Shown here one piece after another: positions 51,338-60,849 of a DNA stretch of 64,000 nucleotides (position 1 is its first letter; each line of letters starts with the position of its first letter). The position numbers and the translations under genes were made by a program. Under the pieces are notes generated by a model that saw only the letters and a list, made by a program, of their open reading frames with translations, had not been told where the DNA came from and did not search any database. The DNA lies in the NCBI GenBank assembly GCA_963662795.1, contig OY759746.1, forward strand, positions 2,688,001 to 2,752,000, given 5' to 3'. Source of the stretch: Spirochaetia bacterium (GTDB taxonomy: Bacteria; Spirochaetota; Spirochaetia; CADAEX01).

Positions 51338-52210
51338 CTATTTTATGAATGTCCCGTCCTTTAAATCACGTATCGCGGTTTTTATTTCATCATCCGTATT
51401 CATCACTATCGGGCCGTACCAGGCGACAGGCTCTTTAAGGGGTTTTCCCGACACAAGCAGAAACCTTGCTCCGCCCTCTCCTCCGGTGACGGAGACCACA
51501 TCACCTTCATCAAACAGTATAAGCTGCTCACACGGGACAGTAATTGTGTTTTTTCCTCCGGATGTCTCTTCGTCATCCCGGATTATGACCTCCCCTTTGA
51601 TTATATAGGCAAATACGGTGTGGTCATTAACAAACGGGCGGGAAAAAGAAACACCTGCCGGCAGGGTTATATCAAGATACTCGGGTTTTATGGCGATATC
51701 GGCAACAGGGCCTTTTATACCGTCTACCTCTCCGCTGATGATTTTTATTTCTGTCCCGTTATCAAGTTTTACAGCCGGAATCATTGCGTTTTTCACATCC
51801 CTGTAGAGCGGCCGGCACATTTTTTCTGAACGGGGCAGGTTGGCCCAAAGCTGGAGGCCCCACATCAGCCCGTTATTATCACCTTCAGGCATCTCCTCGT
51901 GGATTATCCCGCTGCCTGCAGTCATCCACTGCACATCCCCGTCTGATATTGTTCCGCTGTTTCCAATGCTGTCCCCATGCCTTACATTCCCGTGAAGGAC
52001 ATAGGTGATTGTCTCAATACCCCTGTGGGGGTGCCATGGAAAGCCCTTTATATAATCTTCTCTTTTATCTGAATGAAAATCATCAAGCAGCAGGAAGGGG
52101 TCTGTAAGTGCTGTATCGTTATTGCCGAAAATTCTTTTTAGCCTGACGCCGGCCCCTTCCGTGACATTCTCTGCTTTTAAAATAGTTTTTATTTTTCTTG
52201 TTTTTTCCAT
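51338..52210 (-). CDS. Pirin family protein
   Basis: EGAGV, DPFLLLD, GFPWHPHRGIETITY, QWMTAGSGIIHEE, QLWANLP, GPIVMN. Confidence 0.93.
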   Translation of the reverse strand: MEKTRKIKTILKAENVTEGAGVRLKRIFGNNDTALTDPFLLLDDFHSDKREDYIKGFPWHPHRGIETITYVLHGNVRHGDSIGNSGTISDGDVQWMTAGSGIIHEEMPEGDNNGLMWGLQLWANLPRSEKMCRPLYRDVKNAMIPAVKLDNGTEIKIISGEVDGIKGPVADIAIKPEYLDITLPAGVSFSRPFVNDHTVFAYIIKGEVIIRDDEETSGGKNTITVPCEQLILFDEGDVVSVTGGEGGARFLLVSGKPLKEPVAWYGPIVMNTDDEIKTAIRDLKDGTFIK

Positions 52211-52285
52211 TTTTCTCTCCTGTACGGATACTTTCAGGATACCTGCATTACTGTTAACTTCTGCTATTTAACCAAGAGTTCTTCA

Positions 52286-54028
52286 TCAGATCCTGCTTTT
52301 ATAGCTGCTGTAAAGTCCTTCAAAGAAACGGGCCGCGTTGATTCCGAGTGTGCGGGTCCTGTAGCCCCCTTCCTGAACAATCAGGATGGGTAGTTTTAAA
52401 GAGCCGATCATCTGCCCGTTGAGGCGGAAATCCTCTGCGCTGAGTGTCCAGGTCCCTGTGGGGTCTGCTTTCGCTGTATCGAGACCGAGCGCAAGTACAA
52501 GGTAAGAGGGTTTGAATTTTTTAATTGCTGTTAAGGCTTTCTGAAGCGTTTCCCTGTACTTTTCCGGTGTAATTGTCTCAGGCAGCGGTAGATTAAGGTT
52601 AAATCCTTTCCCCCCGCCTTCCCCTGTTTCATCCGGGAATCCTGAAAAATGGGGATATGCGAATTTCGGATTTCCGTGAATGGATATAGTGTAGACATCG
52701 GAACGGCGGTAGAAAATATCCTGAGTTCCGTTTCCGTGATGGAAATCAATATCAAGGACTGCGATCTTTCCGTGTTTACTGAGATACTGGGCGGCAACAG
52801 CGGATGAATTGAAATAACAGAATCCGCCAAAAGATCTCTTTTCCGCGTGATGCCCCGGCGGACGGACAAGTGCATATGCCATCATCGATCCCCCGAGAAC
52901 CATTTCCGCTCCTGTTACAGCGCAGTTTACTGCCCCGCGTGCCGCAAGCCACGCGTTTCTGTTGATCGGTGTAAATGTATCTATACAGTAATAGCCTACC
53001 TGAAGCTCTGTGTCTTTCGGCGGCCGTTTCAAATTCCGGACGGGAAAAATGATCGGATAGATCGATTTATCAGGAGGAAGCTCTGCGCATATCTTCCTGA
53101 GATATTCCACAAAATGCGGGTCATGTATTTCCCGGAGTGTTTTTTCTCCTATCCTTCTGGCGGGAATCCTGCTGAAAAGTCCTGTTTTTTCAATCTCTGA
53201 AAGTATGGCTGAAATTCTTACAGGCGCTTCCACATAGCCGCGTGTTTTGACATGATGTATATCGTGACCTACGTTGACTATAAGCTGAATACTGAGGCCT
53301 GGAACAGCTGTGACTGCAGTATGGGCTTTTGGCGCTTTTGTATACCTGCGCTCCCTCAATTTGCAGGGATCATCTTTAAATGATTTAACTACCTCGTTTA
53401 TCTGGCTTTCAGGGATAAGGTCCCCGTATTTCCTTTCAAGTATTGCCTTAACCGCTATTCTTACTGTTTTTCGGTCAAGCAGTTCTTCCCTTCCGAGGTT
53501 GTCAAACATCAGGTAATATAAATCCTGATCCCCGGGGTGAACAGGGGATGCGTATACATTATTGATTACGGGACGGACGCCCAGCCTCTCATAGAATTTC
53601 ATCCGTGCCCGGTTCTGATCAAGCAGGGCGGTATCTGTAATAATTTCAGGATCATCCACACTGCACTCGAAAAAAAGCCCCTTTAAATTAAGAGCACGCG
53701 CTTCCTCGCGTACCTGATCGTAAAGTATGCCGCCTATTCCCCCGCCGGTTTTTCCCGGAGCTGCGGAGATAAGCTCGAGGCATCCGATTTCAACATCGCT
53801 CATATGCAGCATCATGGCAAACCCCCGGACCTTTCCCCTGCCGTTTTCAGCTACAAAAAGGATTGACCTGTAGCGGTATTTTATCGGATTATGGAGCTGC
53901 TTCGGAATTTTATCAAAATCCTTTTTTCTTGCAAGGGGAAACTGGGCCTTCAATATTTCACGCACCTGTGCAATAGCGTCCTGATTTGCGGGAGAAACCA
54001 TATCGTAAATTTTTCGTATACTGAACAT
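52286..54028 (-). CDS. GNAT-like domain fused to a histone deacetylase/acetylpolyamine amidohydrolase-family domain
   Basis: N-terminal ELISAAPGKTGGGIGGILY..LFFEC..FYERLG; C-terminal RPPGHHA, GFCYFN, DIDFHHGNGTQ, SIHG, LGLD, QEGGY. Confidence 0.88.
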   Translation of the reverse strand: MFSIRKIYDMVSPANQDAIAQVREILKAQFPLARKKDFDKIPKQLHNPIKYRYRSILFVAENGRGKVRGFAMMLHMSDVEIGCLELISAAPGKTGGGIGGILYDQVREEARALNLKGLFFECSVDDPEIITDTALLDQNRARMKFYERLGVRPVINNVYASPVHPGDQDLYYLMFDNLGREELLDRKTVRIAVKAILERKYGDLIPESQINEVVKSFKDDPCKLRERRYTKAPKAHTAVTAVPGLSIQLIVNVGHDIHHVKTRGYVEAPVRISAILSEIEKTGLFSRIPARRIGEKTLREIHDPHFVEYLRKICAELPPDKSIYPIIFPVRNLKRPPKDTELQVGYYCIDTFTPINRNAWLAARGAVNCAVTGAEMVLGGSMMAYALVRPPGHHAEKRSFGGFCYFNSSAVAAQYLSKHGKIAVLDIDFHHGNGTQDIFYRRSDVYTISIHGNPKFAYPHFSGFPDETGEGGGKGFNLNLPLPETITPEKYRETLQKALTAIKKFKPSYLVLALGLDTAKADPTGTWTLSAEDFRLNGQMIGSLKLPILIVQEGGYRTRTLGINAARFFEGLYSSYKSRI

Positions 54029-54080
54029 ATATAATATTATATATGTTCTTAACCGTTAATTACAAGCTGGTGTTTTGAGT

Positions 54081-54113
54081 AAAAAAAACTGCCGCAATTT
54101 ATTAGGCGGCAGT
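54081..54113 (-). terminator. Intrinsic terminator downstream of the OMP pseudogene
   Basis: ACTGCCGC / GCGGCAGT stem with an A8 run on the plus strand (U-tract on minus). Confidence 0.75.
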
Positions 54114-54145
54114 CTGTTTATTGGTAAAGGGCATGAATTGTATTT

Positions 54146-54776
54146 CTAATTCAACTTGAATTCCTAACCAATATTGAAAGAGATTTTTCTTTCTTTTATG
54201 TCCTCGATGTTACCATCAACGTCTGTGAGTCCCAAAAATAACCTTCCGTCAAGAGCAAGATATCCATTTCCCATCGGGATATCATATCCTGTTCCCAATA
54301 CTAAGCCTAAGTTTGTGTCTGGTGTGTCTCCGTCTTCAGTGACAGCGTCAGTGCCGTCGTTAACCTCTATTTCTGAATCTCCCATGGGGATAAATATACA
54401 TAATCCTCCGAAAAGGCTGAAATCATTTATATGATATTTACAGAGTATCGGCAGGTCAATTCCCCCCCTGGGTTGTTGTTATGGAACTGTCTCCATCTTC
54501 CAGCTTTCCGGCATAAGAAGTGAAATATAGTTCAACCTGCAGTGAGAATGTTTCGCTGAATCTGAAATTAGAAAAAGTCCCGAAACTGCCTGAAAGCTTT
54601 GAGACGTTTTCTGCATCTGTGCCTTATGTTGCGTTGATTGCATCAATCTGGTTGTCAATTCCGGATCCGTAAAACTTGTTGATGTTTAGACCGGCTTTTG
54701 GCCCGAGATAAAAATCTGTTGCAAAAATTGCTGAAGGAATAAGGCAGAGCAGTAAAATGAGAATAATTTTTTTCAT
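54146..54776 (-). pseudogene. Outer-membrane beta-barrel (porin/PorT-like) pseudogene
   Basis: Signal peptide and GPKAGLNI; in-frame TAA at 54624-54626; frame continues SLQVELYF; extra G in a G7 tract (C7 at 54462-54468) shifts the frame; then IDLPILCKY...GLVLGTGYDI...ISFNIG, TAG at 54164-54166, EFKLN*. Confidence 0.85.
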
Positions 54777-54912
54777 ATTTAATACTCCATATATTTGATA
54801 ATAATCTATTACCATCCTTAGGTTTCTGAATGTCAAATAATATTTATGTAATTAATTGGTTTAATAAAAGAGACGCATAACGGGTTTTTAGATGACAATG
54901 CTCTCCGGTCGG

Positions 54913-55992
54913 TTAGAAAGCTTCCCTGAAAATGAAATATGTTTTAAGTCCTTCTTCGCTGAGGCCTAAGTCAAGTCGGATCGCTATATGCTTTTCCCGA
55001 TTAATGAGAAACCTTAAACCCCCGCCGCCGGCATAGTGATAATCCGAAATTGCTGAAAACCCGGATATATCGTTTTCCACAGAGCCGGCTGAAGCGAATA
55101 CGGCACCGGCAAGAAATGCCATAACCGGAAAGCGGTATTCGCCCTGAAATGAAAGGCTGTTGATATCAGTATATCTCCCTTCAGGAAGACCTCTCATTAT
55201 TGTGCTTCCCCCGAGTTTGCTCATCGACTGAAAAGGGACCCCGTTTGTGCATAATTCAATCACAGTCTGGAACGCGAGAACATGCTTGCCTGTTATTTCA
55301 AGATAATATCTTGTGTCTGCCTTTAAACTGGAATAATCATAATCGCTTCCGGCAGAAATGCTGCTCAGCAGGGATGATCCCTCTATGTAAAATCCTTTTG
55401 TAGGATAAAATGTGCTGTCAGTTGTATCGTAGATAAATCTGATTCCGAAGCCTGTTTCAATTCCACCGCCTGAGCCGTTAAAGCCGCCCCTTTCGATAAT
55501 CCCCTCTTCCTCTGAATCTAAAATGGTGATGTTCCTGTAAAGCACCTGCGGGCCGATGTAAAGGTCGGGGGTGACTTTTCTTAATAGTGAAGCCTGGAGA
55601 AGGAACTCTTCAGCGGTAAATGTTTCAAGATCGCTTTCTTCCGCTTCCTGTCCGATGCCCCAGAAATCAGCGTTATTGTTGCTGTATGCCAGTTTAAGCA
55701 GAATTCTGAAATTCTCTGATAATACCAGGTCCGGTGTAATGCCGACAGATTTCTGGCCTTTCATTGTAAGGAGAGAGAAAAATCCGAACTGATCTGTTTC
55801 AGTATCTTCTCCTGTAATTACATCCCGGTAAGCCAGCAGAAACGCGCCTCCGCCCCAGCTTGTATCCGGTGTATAAAACGGGGCGGCGATAGGGACAAAA
55901 CCCCATTTACCCCTTTGGATTTCGGCATGAATACCTGATGATACTGCAACAAGCAGGAAAAAAGGAAGCAATGTTGTTTTTATAATTGACAT
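54913..55992 (-). CDS. Omp85/BamA-TamA family barrel protein without obvious POTRA domains
   Basis: Signal peptide; PFYTPDTSWG, YDTTDSTFYPTKG, LGGSTIMRG, EYRFP, GGGLRF, RLDLG, terminal EAF. Confidence 0.82.
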   Translation of the reverse strand: MSIIKTTLLPFFLLVAVSSGIHAEIQRGKWGFVPIAAPFYTPDTSWGGGAFLLAYRDVITGEDTETDQFGFFSLLTMKGQKSVGITPDLVLSENFRILLKLAYSNNNADFWGIGQEAEESDLETFTAEEFLLQASLLRKVTPDLYIGPQVLYRNITILDSEEEGIIERGGFNGSGGGIETGFGIRFIYDTTDSTFYPTKGFYIEGSSLLSSISAGSDYDYSSLKADTRYYLEITGKHVLAFQTVIELCTNGVPFQSMSKLGGSTIMRGLPEGRYTDINSLSFQGEYRFPVMAFLAGAVFASAGSVENDISGFSAISDYHYAGGGGLRFLINREKHIAIRLDLGLSEEGLKTYFIFREAF

Positions 55993-56030
55993 GCGTAAAA
56001 AATGCATAAAAACTATTTATTTGTCAATAG

Positions 56031-56082
56031 TTGACTATCGAATAAATATTCGATATACTTTGATAGTCGAATATTTATTCGA
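56031..56082 (+). promoter_or_regulatory. Sigma-70 promoter overlapped by two palindromic operators (probable TetR sites)
   Basis: TTGACT (56031)-N17-TATACT (56054); TATCGAATA-AA-TATTCGATA at 56036-56055 and TCGAATA-TT-TATTCGA at 56067-56082. Confidence 0.8.
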
Positions 56083-56110
56083 AATAAAATTAGTTAAGGA
56101 TGGCAACACA

Positions 56111-56815
56111 ATGATTAATAAAAAAAGGTTTTTACAGGTTTTAATGATTTTTTTGATTATATCTGCAACAGATGCGTCCGGGAATGACAGTCCGCGGCCG
56201 GCAAATGGTTCCGGACAGATTGCTCTTGAAATTATTCCGGGCAGATACTTTGCTAACCGGGGATGGTTTTTTATTTTCCCGTTTAAGAAAGGGCCGCAGA
56301 TTGCGGCCTGGATAGAAGATGAAAAAGAAAACTACATGGGAACAATAGTAATTTCTGATAAAACAGCGGGAGACTGCTGGATTTCCGCACCGGAAGAGGG
56401 CCGGCCGGAAAGTCTTCCTGTCTGGTCGCACCGGAGTTCCGGAATATGTAACTCAATCGATGCTGTGACAGCCGCATCACGTGTCATTTCTGAGAACAGC
56501 AGGATTAACTCTTCTCTGAAACTGCCGGCCGGCAGATATAGGGTTTTTCTTGAGGTTAATAACAGCTATGACTGGAATAAAGTCTGGAGGAAGAAATTAC
56601 CGGAGAGCAGTCCGTACTTTAACGGCGTCAACGGACAGCCTTCAGTGATTTATCATGCTGATCTGGAAATCGGCCATGGACCTGCCGCTGTTAAAATGGT
56701 CCCCGCCGGGACAGGAAATCCTCTTGGAAGGAACGGAAATATAGACAAAAGTTTTGACGGAATAGATTCCGCGTTATCGATACTTGAATCTGTTTATGTT
56801 AAAATCAATGAATAA
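56111..56815 (+). CDS. Secreted protein, DUF2271-like
   Basis: Signal peptide; PQIAAWIED, RPESLPVW, DAVTAAS, LEVNNSYDWN, GQPSVIY. Confidence 0.65.
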   Translation: MINKKRFLQVLMIFLIISATDASGNDSPRPANGSGQIALEIIPGRYFANRGWFFIFPFKKGPQIAAWIEDEKENYMGTIVISDKTAGDCWISAPEEGRPESLPVWSHRSSGICNSIDAVTAASRVISENSRINSSLKLPAGRYRVFLEVNNSYDWNKVWRKKLPESSPYFNGVNGQPSVIYHADLEIGHGPAAVKMVPAGTGNPLGRNGNIDKSFDGIDSALSILESVYVKINE

Positions 56816-56829
56816 AAAAGGGAAAGAAT

Positions 56830-57444
56830 ATGGCTGTGAATATGAAAGACAAAATTATAAAAACATCTCTTGAGCTTTTTAATAAACACGGCAGCCATAA
56901 AATTACTACTAACCATATTATTGATAAACTCAAAATTAGTCCTGGAACGTTCTATTACCATTTCAGAAACAAGGAGGAGATAATAAGGGACATCTTCCCG
57001 CTTATTACTGAAGATTTTAAAAAAAACATTGATGCCGGTAACGGTGCTTCAGGGATGGATGAATATATTAAAATCCTTAAAAATCTATTTTCCCTCTACA
57101 ATAAATATTCATTTTTTTACAACGAAATCTCATCCCTTCTTGACAGGGATGAGAACCTTAAAAAAATGTATCTGAAAAATTACATAATGAAATGTTCTAT
57201 GCTCTCAGGGCTTTTATCTGGACTTGAAAGAGACGGGATTTTAAAAAAAGGCTTTTCATCATCACCTGAAGTTTCTTCCATAATTGATTCACTGTGGATA
57301 TTAAGCGATTACCGGGTGCCTTTTCTTAAAACAACCGGACGGCTTGATGAGGAAGCAGTTGTTTCGGGCTGGCGGAATTATCTGGTGCTCCTTATGCCGT
57401 ATATGAGGAAAAATGCAGCAGCTGCGGCAGAAAAATATCTCTAA
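56830..57444 (+). CDS. TetR/AcrR family transcriptional regulator
   Basis: KDKIIKTSLELFNKHG..ITTNHI..ISPGTFYYHFRNKEEI. Confidence 0.92.
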   Translation: MAVNMKDKIIKTSLELFNKHGSHKITTNHIIDKLKISPGTFYYHFRNKEEIIRDIFPLITEDFKKNIDAGNGASGMDEYIKILKNLFSLYNKYSFFYNEISSLLDRDENLKKMYLKNYIMKCSMLSGLLSGLERDGILKKGFSSSPEVSSIIDSLWILSDYRVPFLKTTGRLDEEAVVSGWRNYLVLLMPYMRKNAAAAAEKYL

Positions 57445-57517
57445 ACTTAAAATGCGAAGTTTGGAAACACCGGGCCAATGAACAATATTGTAAAACTGAA
57501 TAGAGTGTTTTTTAAAA

Positions 57518-58048
57518 CTAGAATTCAGTAACGTTGTCCTGAAGCCTTTTTACGTAAAATACCCCGTCAGTTACTGTTGATTCCCTTGTCGTGTCGACGC
57601 CAGAAAAAGTACCCGAAATAACGCCGCCGAAATTCCCTAATTTCGTGACAGTATAACTTGTACCTCCATCACACTCCCAAACCACTGTGCCATCGATTTT
57701 AATGTGGGTAGGTTCTGATCCTGAATATGTTCCATCTGTATCAGCTATAGAAAGAGAACAGTAAGTGATAATAGTATCATTCAAATCTATTGGAGAGGGG
57801 GCGGCGACAATATAAATTCCGGAATAGATACCCTCGTCCTTTGTTCTGAATCCGCTTGCATCCCCCGAATATATGGTCCCGTACTCATCTTTTGAAATTC
57901 CGTAAGTAAATTCATAATCAGTTCCATTCAGGTTGAATCTGACATAGTAGCTTTCGCTTGTATCCTCTTCTTTACACCCTGAAAAAACAGAAAGCAGGAC
58001 AATGAAAAATATTAATAAAAACTGCCTGATAATAATTTTTGAAGCCAT
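57518..58048 (-). CDS. Hypothetical lipoprotein
   Basis: Basic N-terminus, hydrophobic stretch, lipobox FSG-C; GAGGAG RBS. Confidence 0.7.
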   Translation of the reverse strand: MASKIIIRQFLLIFFIVLLSVFSGCKEEDTSESYYVRFNLNGTDYEFTYGISKDEYGTIYSGDASGFRTKDEGIYSGIYIVAAPSPIDLNDTIITYCSLSIADTDGTYSGSEPTHIKIDGTVVWECDGGTSYTVTKLGNFGGVISGTFSGVDTTRESTVTDGVFYVKRLQDNVTEF

Positions 58049-58274
58049 TTTAGAACTCCTCTTTTTAAATTATTTTTTAAATCTGACGCACAATTTATTC
58101 TAACACTGATCATGAATTTTGCAATCCCATGAAAAATAATTACTACATAAATGTATGTATTTAACTTTTCCGTTAAACAAAAATGTATCATACAAAGTCA
58201 GAATATCTGAACGAACATATTGTTCTCTCTGAATAAATCCCTGTTGTGCAAGTAAATAAAATAAAAAAAACATA

Positions 58275-58291
58275 TTGGCACGTTTATTGCT
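58275..58291 (+). promoter_or_regulatory. Sigma-54 (-24/-12) promoter of amtB-glnK
   Basis: TTGGCACGTTTATTGCT matches TGGCACG-N4-TTGCW with GG-N10-GC spacing, 35 nt upstream of the ATG. Confidence 0.85.
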
Positions 58292-58326
58292 GATGAATGT
58301 TTGCAAATAGCATAGGAGGTTATTTA

Positions 58327-59640
58327 ATGCTGAAGAAATTTTTACTTGTATTACTGTTTTTGATGGCTGCATCAGCAGGACTATTTGCAGAGTCGGATAT
58401 TGCAAAGTACGATAACGCTTTTGACATGATCTGGCTCATTCTCTGCGCCGTCCTTGTATTTTTTATGCAGGCCGGATTCGCGATGGTGGAAACAGGTCTT
58501 ACCAGGGCAAAAAATGCGGGAAACATCCTTATGAAAAATTTGATGGATTTTGCCGTGGGGGCTATCGTATACATGGGTGCCGGCTGGGCAATAATGTACG
58601 GGAGCTCTGTATCCGGCCTTTTCGGATCAGATCAGTTTTTTTTAAACGGAGCTGATTTTACAGTTTTGAGGGACTGGATGTTTCAGGTAGTCTTTGCAGC
58701 TACCGCGGCAACGATTGTATCGGGCGCGATGGCGGAAAGAACAAGATTTTCTTCCTACCTGATATATACCGTTTTCATCACAGCTATTATCTATCCTGTA
58801 GTCGGACACTGGATATGGAATGGAGACGGCTGGCTTGCTGCTCTCGGGTTTCATGATTTTGCAGGGTCTACTGTTGTTCACTCAGTCGGCGGCTGGGCAG
58901 CGCTTGCAGGTTCAGTAATTTTAGGCCCGAGGACGGGAAAATATGTAAGGAACGGGAAATCTGTAACAGTACAGGCAATACCGGGGCATAACTTGCCGCT
59001 TGCCAGCCTTGGTGTTTTCATACTCTGGTTCGGATGGTACGGTTTTAACTGCGGCAGCACCTTGTCGGGAACTGATGAGGCAATTTCACTTATTGCCGTA
59101 AACACCACCCTTGGGGCTGCATCAGGGGCTGTTTCTTCAATGGCCGTAATCTGGGGCCTTACGGGAAAACCAGAACCGAGCATGACATTAAACGGCGCGC
59201 TTGCAGGTCTTGTCGGGATTACTGCCGGATGTGCTGTAGTTACTCCATTGGGAGCAATTATGATCGGACTCATAGCTGGTGCGCTTGTTGTTGTATCTGT
59301 GGAATTTATTGATAAAAAAATGCATGTGGATGATCCTGTCGGCGCGATATCGGTACATGGTGTGTGCGGTGTTTGGGGAACAGTTGCGGTCGGGATATTC
59401 GGTTCTACTGATGCTGTTAACGGTCTCTGGTACGGCGGCGGGCTTAAACAGCTTGTGATTCAGCTTACGGGAATTGCAGCTGTATTTATCTGGACAGCGG
59501 CAGTTTCGGCAGTATTGTTCATTATACTTAAAAAGAGTGCCGGTCTCAGGGTTTCACCTGAAGATGAACTTAAGGGTCTTGATTTGACTGAACACGGAAG
59601 CGAATCATATTACGGTTTTCAGATTTTTACAAATCAGTAA
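58327..59640 (+). CDS. amtB: Ammonium transporter
   Basis: FFMQAGFAMVE, FAATAATIVSGAMAER, DFAGSTVVH, LWFGWYGFN, DDPVGAISVHG; AGGAGG RBS. Confidence 0.95.
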   Translation: MLKKFLLVLLFLMAASAGLFAESDIAKYDNAFDMIWLILCAVLVFFMQAGFAMVETGLTRAKNAGNILMKNLMDFAVGAIVYMGAGWAIMYGSSVSGLFGSDQFFLNGADFTVLRDWMFQVVFAATAATIVSGAMAERTRFSSYLIYTVFITAIIYPVVGHWIWNGDGWLAALGFHDFAGSTVVHSVGGWAALAGSVILGPRTGKYVRNGKSVTVQAIPGHNLPLASLGVFILWFGWYGFNCGSTLSGTDEAISLIAVNTTLGAASGAVSSMAVIWGLTGKPEPSMTLNGALAGLVGITAGCAVVTPLGAIMIGLIAGALVVVSVEFIDKKMHVDDPVGAISVHGVCGVWGTVAVGIFGSTDAVNGLWYGGGLKQLVIQLTGIAAVFIWTAAVSAVLFIILKKSAGLRVSPEDELKGLDLTEHGSESYYGFQIFTNQ

Positions 59641-59699
59641 CCCCTATTGAAGGATCAGAAAATTGAAATTGGATAAAAAGATAAATGAAGGAGAATCAG

Positions 59700-60041
59700 A
59701 TGAAACTTGTTATTGCCTATATTCAGCCGTATAAACTGAATGATGTAAAAAAGGAATTATATAAATCAGAAATATATAAAGTATCTGTAACTAACGCAAT
59801 AGGATGCGGACAGCAGGAGGGTTACACAGAACACTACAGGGGGGTAAAAATGGAAGTTAATCTCCTGAAAAAGGTGAGGCTTGAAATAGCTGTTAACGAA
59901 GATTTTGTGAAACCTACGGTAGACGCCATAATAAAGGGCGCCAGGTCCGGAAATATAGGTGATGGGAAAATATTTGTATTGCCTATAGAGGAATGCTACA
60001 GGATAAGAAGCGGAGAAACCGGCAGGGTTGCAATCGGATAG
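59700..60041 (+). CDS. glnK: P-II nitrogen regulatory protein
   Basis: GCGQQ, EHYRG (Tyr51 equivalent), [16 protein letters not shown]; downstream of amtB. Confidence 0.9.
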   Translation: MKLVIAYIQPYKLNDVKKELYKSEIYKVSVTNAIGCGQQEGYTEHYRGVKMEVNLLKKVRLEIAVNEDFVKPTVDAIIKGARSGNIGDGKIFVLPIEECYRIRSGETGRVAIG

Positions 60042-60109
60042 TAAAAGTAATACTTACCTGCCTGTATATGAGTTTTAGTAAAAAAATAAATTACAGTTAC
60101 CTGAAATTT

Positions 60110-60148
60110 CAGTCCGGGAAGATTAAGTATCTCTCCCGGACTGTTTTT
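60110..60148 (+). terminator. Intrinsic terminator after glnK (possibly bidirectional with tpx)
   Basis: CAGTCCGGGA / TCCCGGACTG stem followed by TTTTT. Confidence 0.8.
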
Positions 60149-60157
60149 ATATTGAAA

Positions 60158-60655
60158 TCAGAGCAGCTTAATTACAGAATCATAGTCAGGTTCATTCGCA
60201 ATTTCCGGAACAAGCTGTGTATATTTAACCTTTCCATCAGTGTCGATTACAACGACAGCTCTGGCAAGAAGTCCCTGAAGCGGACCGTCCGCAATTCTGA
60301 CTCCGTATTTTTCTCCGAAAGAGAGGACTTTCATTTCACTCAGTGTTTTTACGTTTTTAAGCCCTTCTGAGCCGCAGAAACGCTCCTGGGCAAACGGAAG
60401 ATCCCGGGATATACAGAGAACCACAGCTCCTTTCTTACTGCCCGCAATTTCGTTGAACCTTCTGACAGATGCCGCACATGTTGATGTATCTATGCTGGGG
60501 AAGATATTAAGTACAACTGTTTTTCCTGAAAAGTCTTTTAAGCTCACATCACCGAGATCACTTCCTGTTAAAGTGAAATCAGGAGCTTTAGCACCTGATG
60601 CCGGCAGGGAACCGGATGTATTTATTTTGTTTCCTTTTAGTGTTATTACTGCCAT
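60158..60655 (-). CDS. tpx: Thiol peroxidase (atypical 2-Cys peroxiredoxin)
   Basis: APDFTL, FPSIDTSTCA, SRDLPFAQERFC, LLARAV, EPDYD. Confidence 0.95.
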   Translation of the reverse strand: MAVITLKGNKINTSGSLPASGAKAPDFTLTGSDLGDVSLKDFSGKTVVLNIFPSIDTSTCAASVRRFNEIAGSKKGAVVLCISRDLPFAQERFCGSEGLKNVKTLSEMKVLSFGEKYGVRIADGPLQGLLARAVVVIDTDGKVKYTQLVPEIANEPDYDSVIKLL

Positions 60656-60849
60656 AATTTACCTCGCCTTTTGAATTATTTAAAATATTAATATACTTAA
60701 ACTTTATCAAAAGATACAAGCAAATCGGTCCTTCGGCAAATAAAATCATACTAAAATACTGTGATTTACTCTTGAAAATAAACCCTTCCGGTATTATTTT
60801 GAACAAGGAGCTGGAATTTAGAAAAAGCACTGTGAATCCGGAGGAAGAA

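Noticed and set aside
54146-54776. Stop-codon recoding (TAG/TAA readthrough) in the OMP gene
   Set aside because: The gene also has a frameshift, and TAG and TAA act as normal stops elsewhere in the window (pgm and speA end in TAG).
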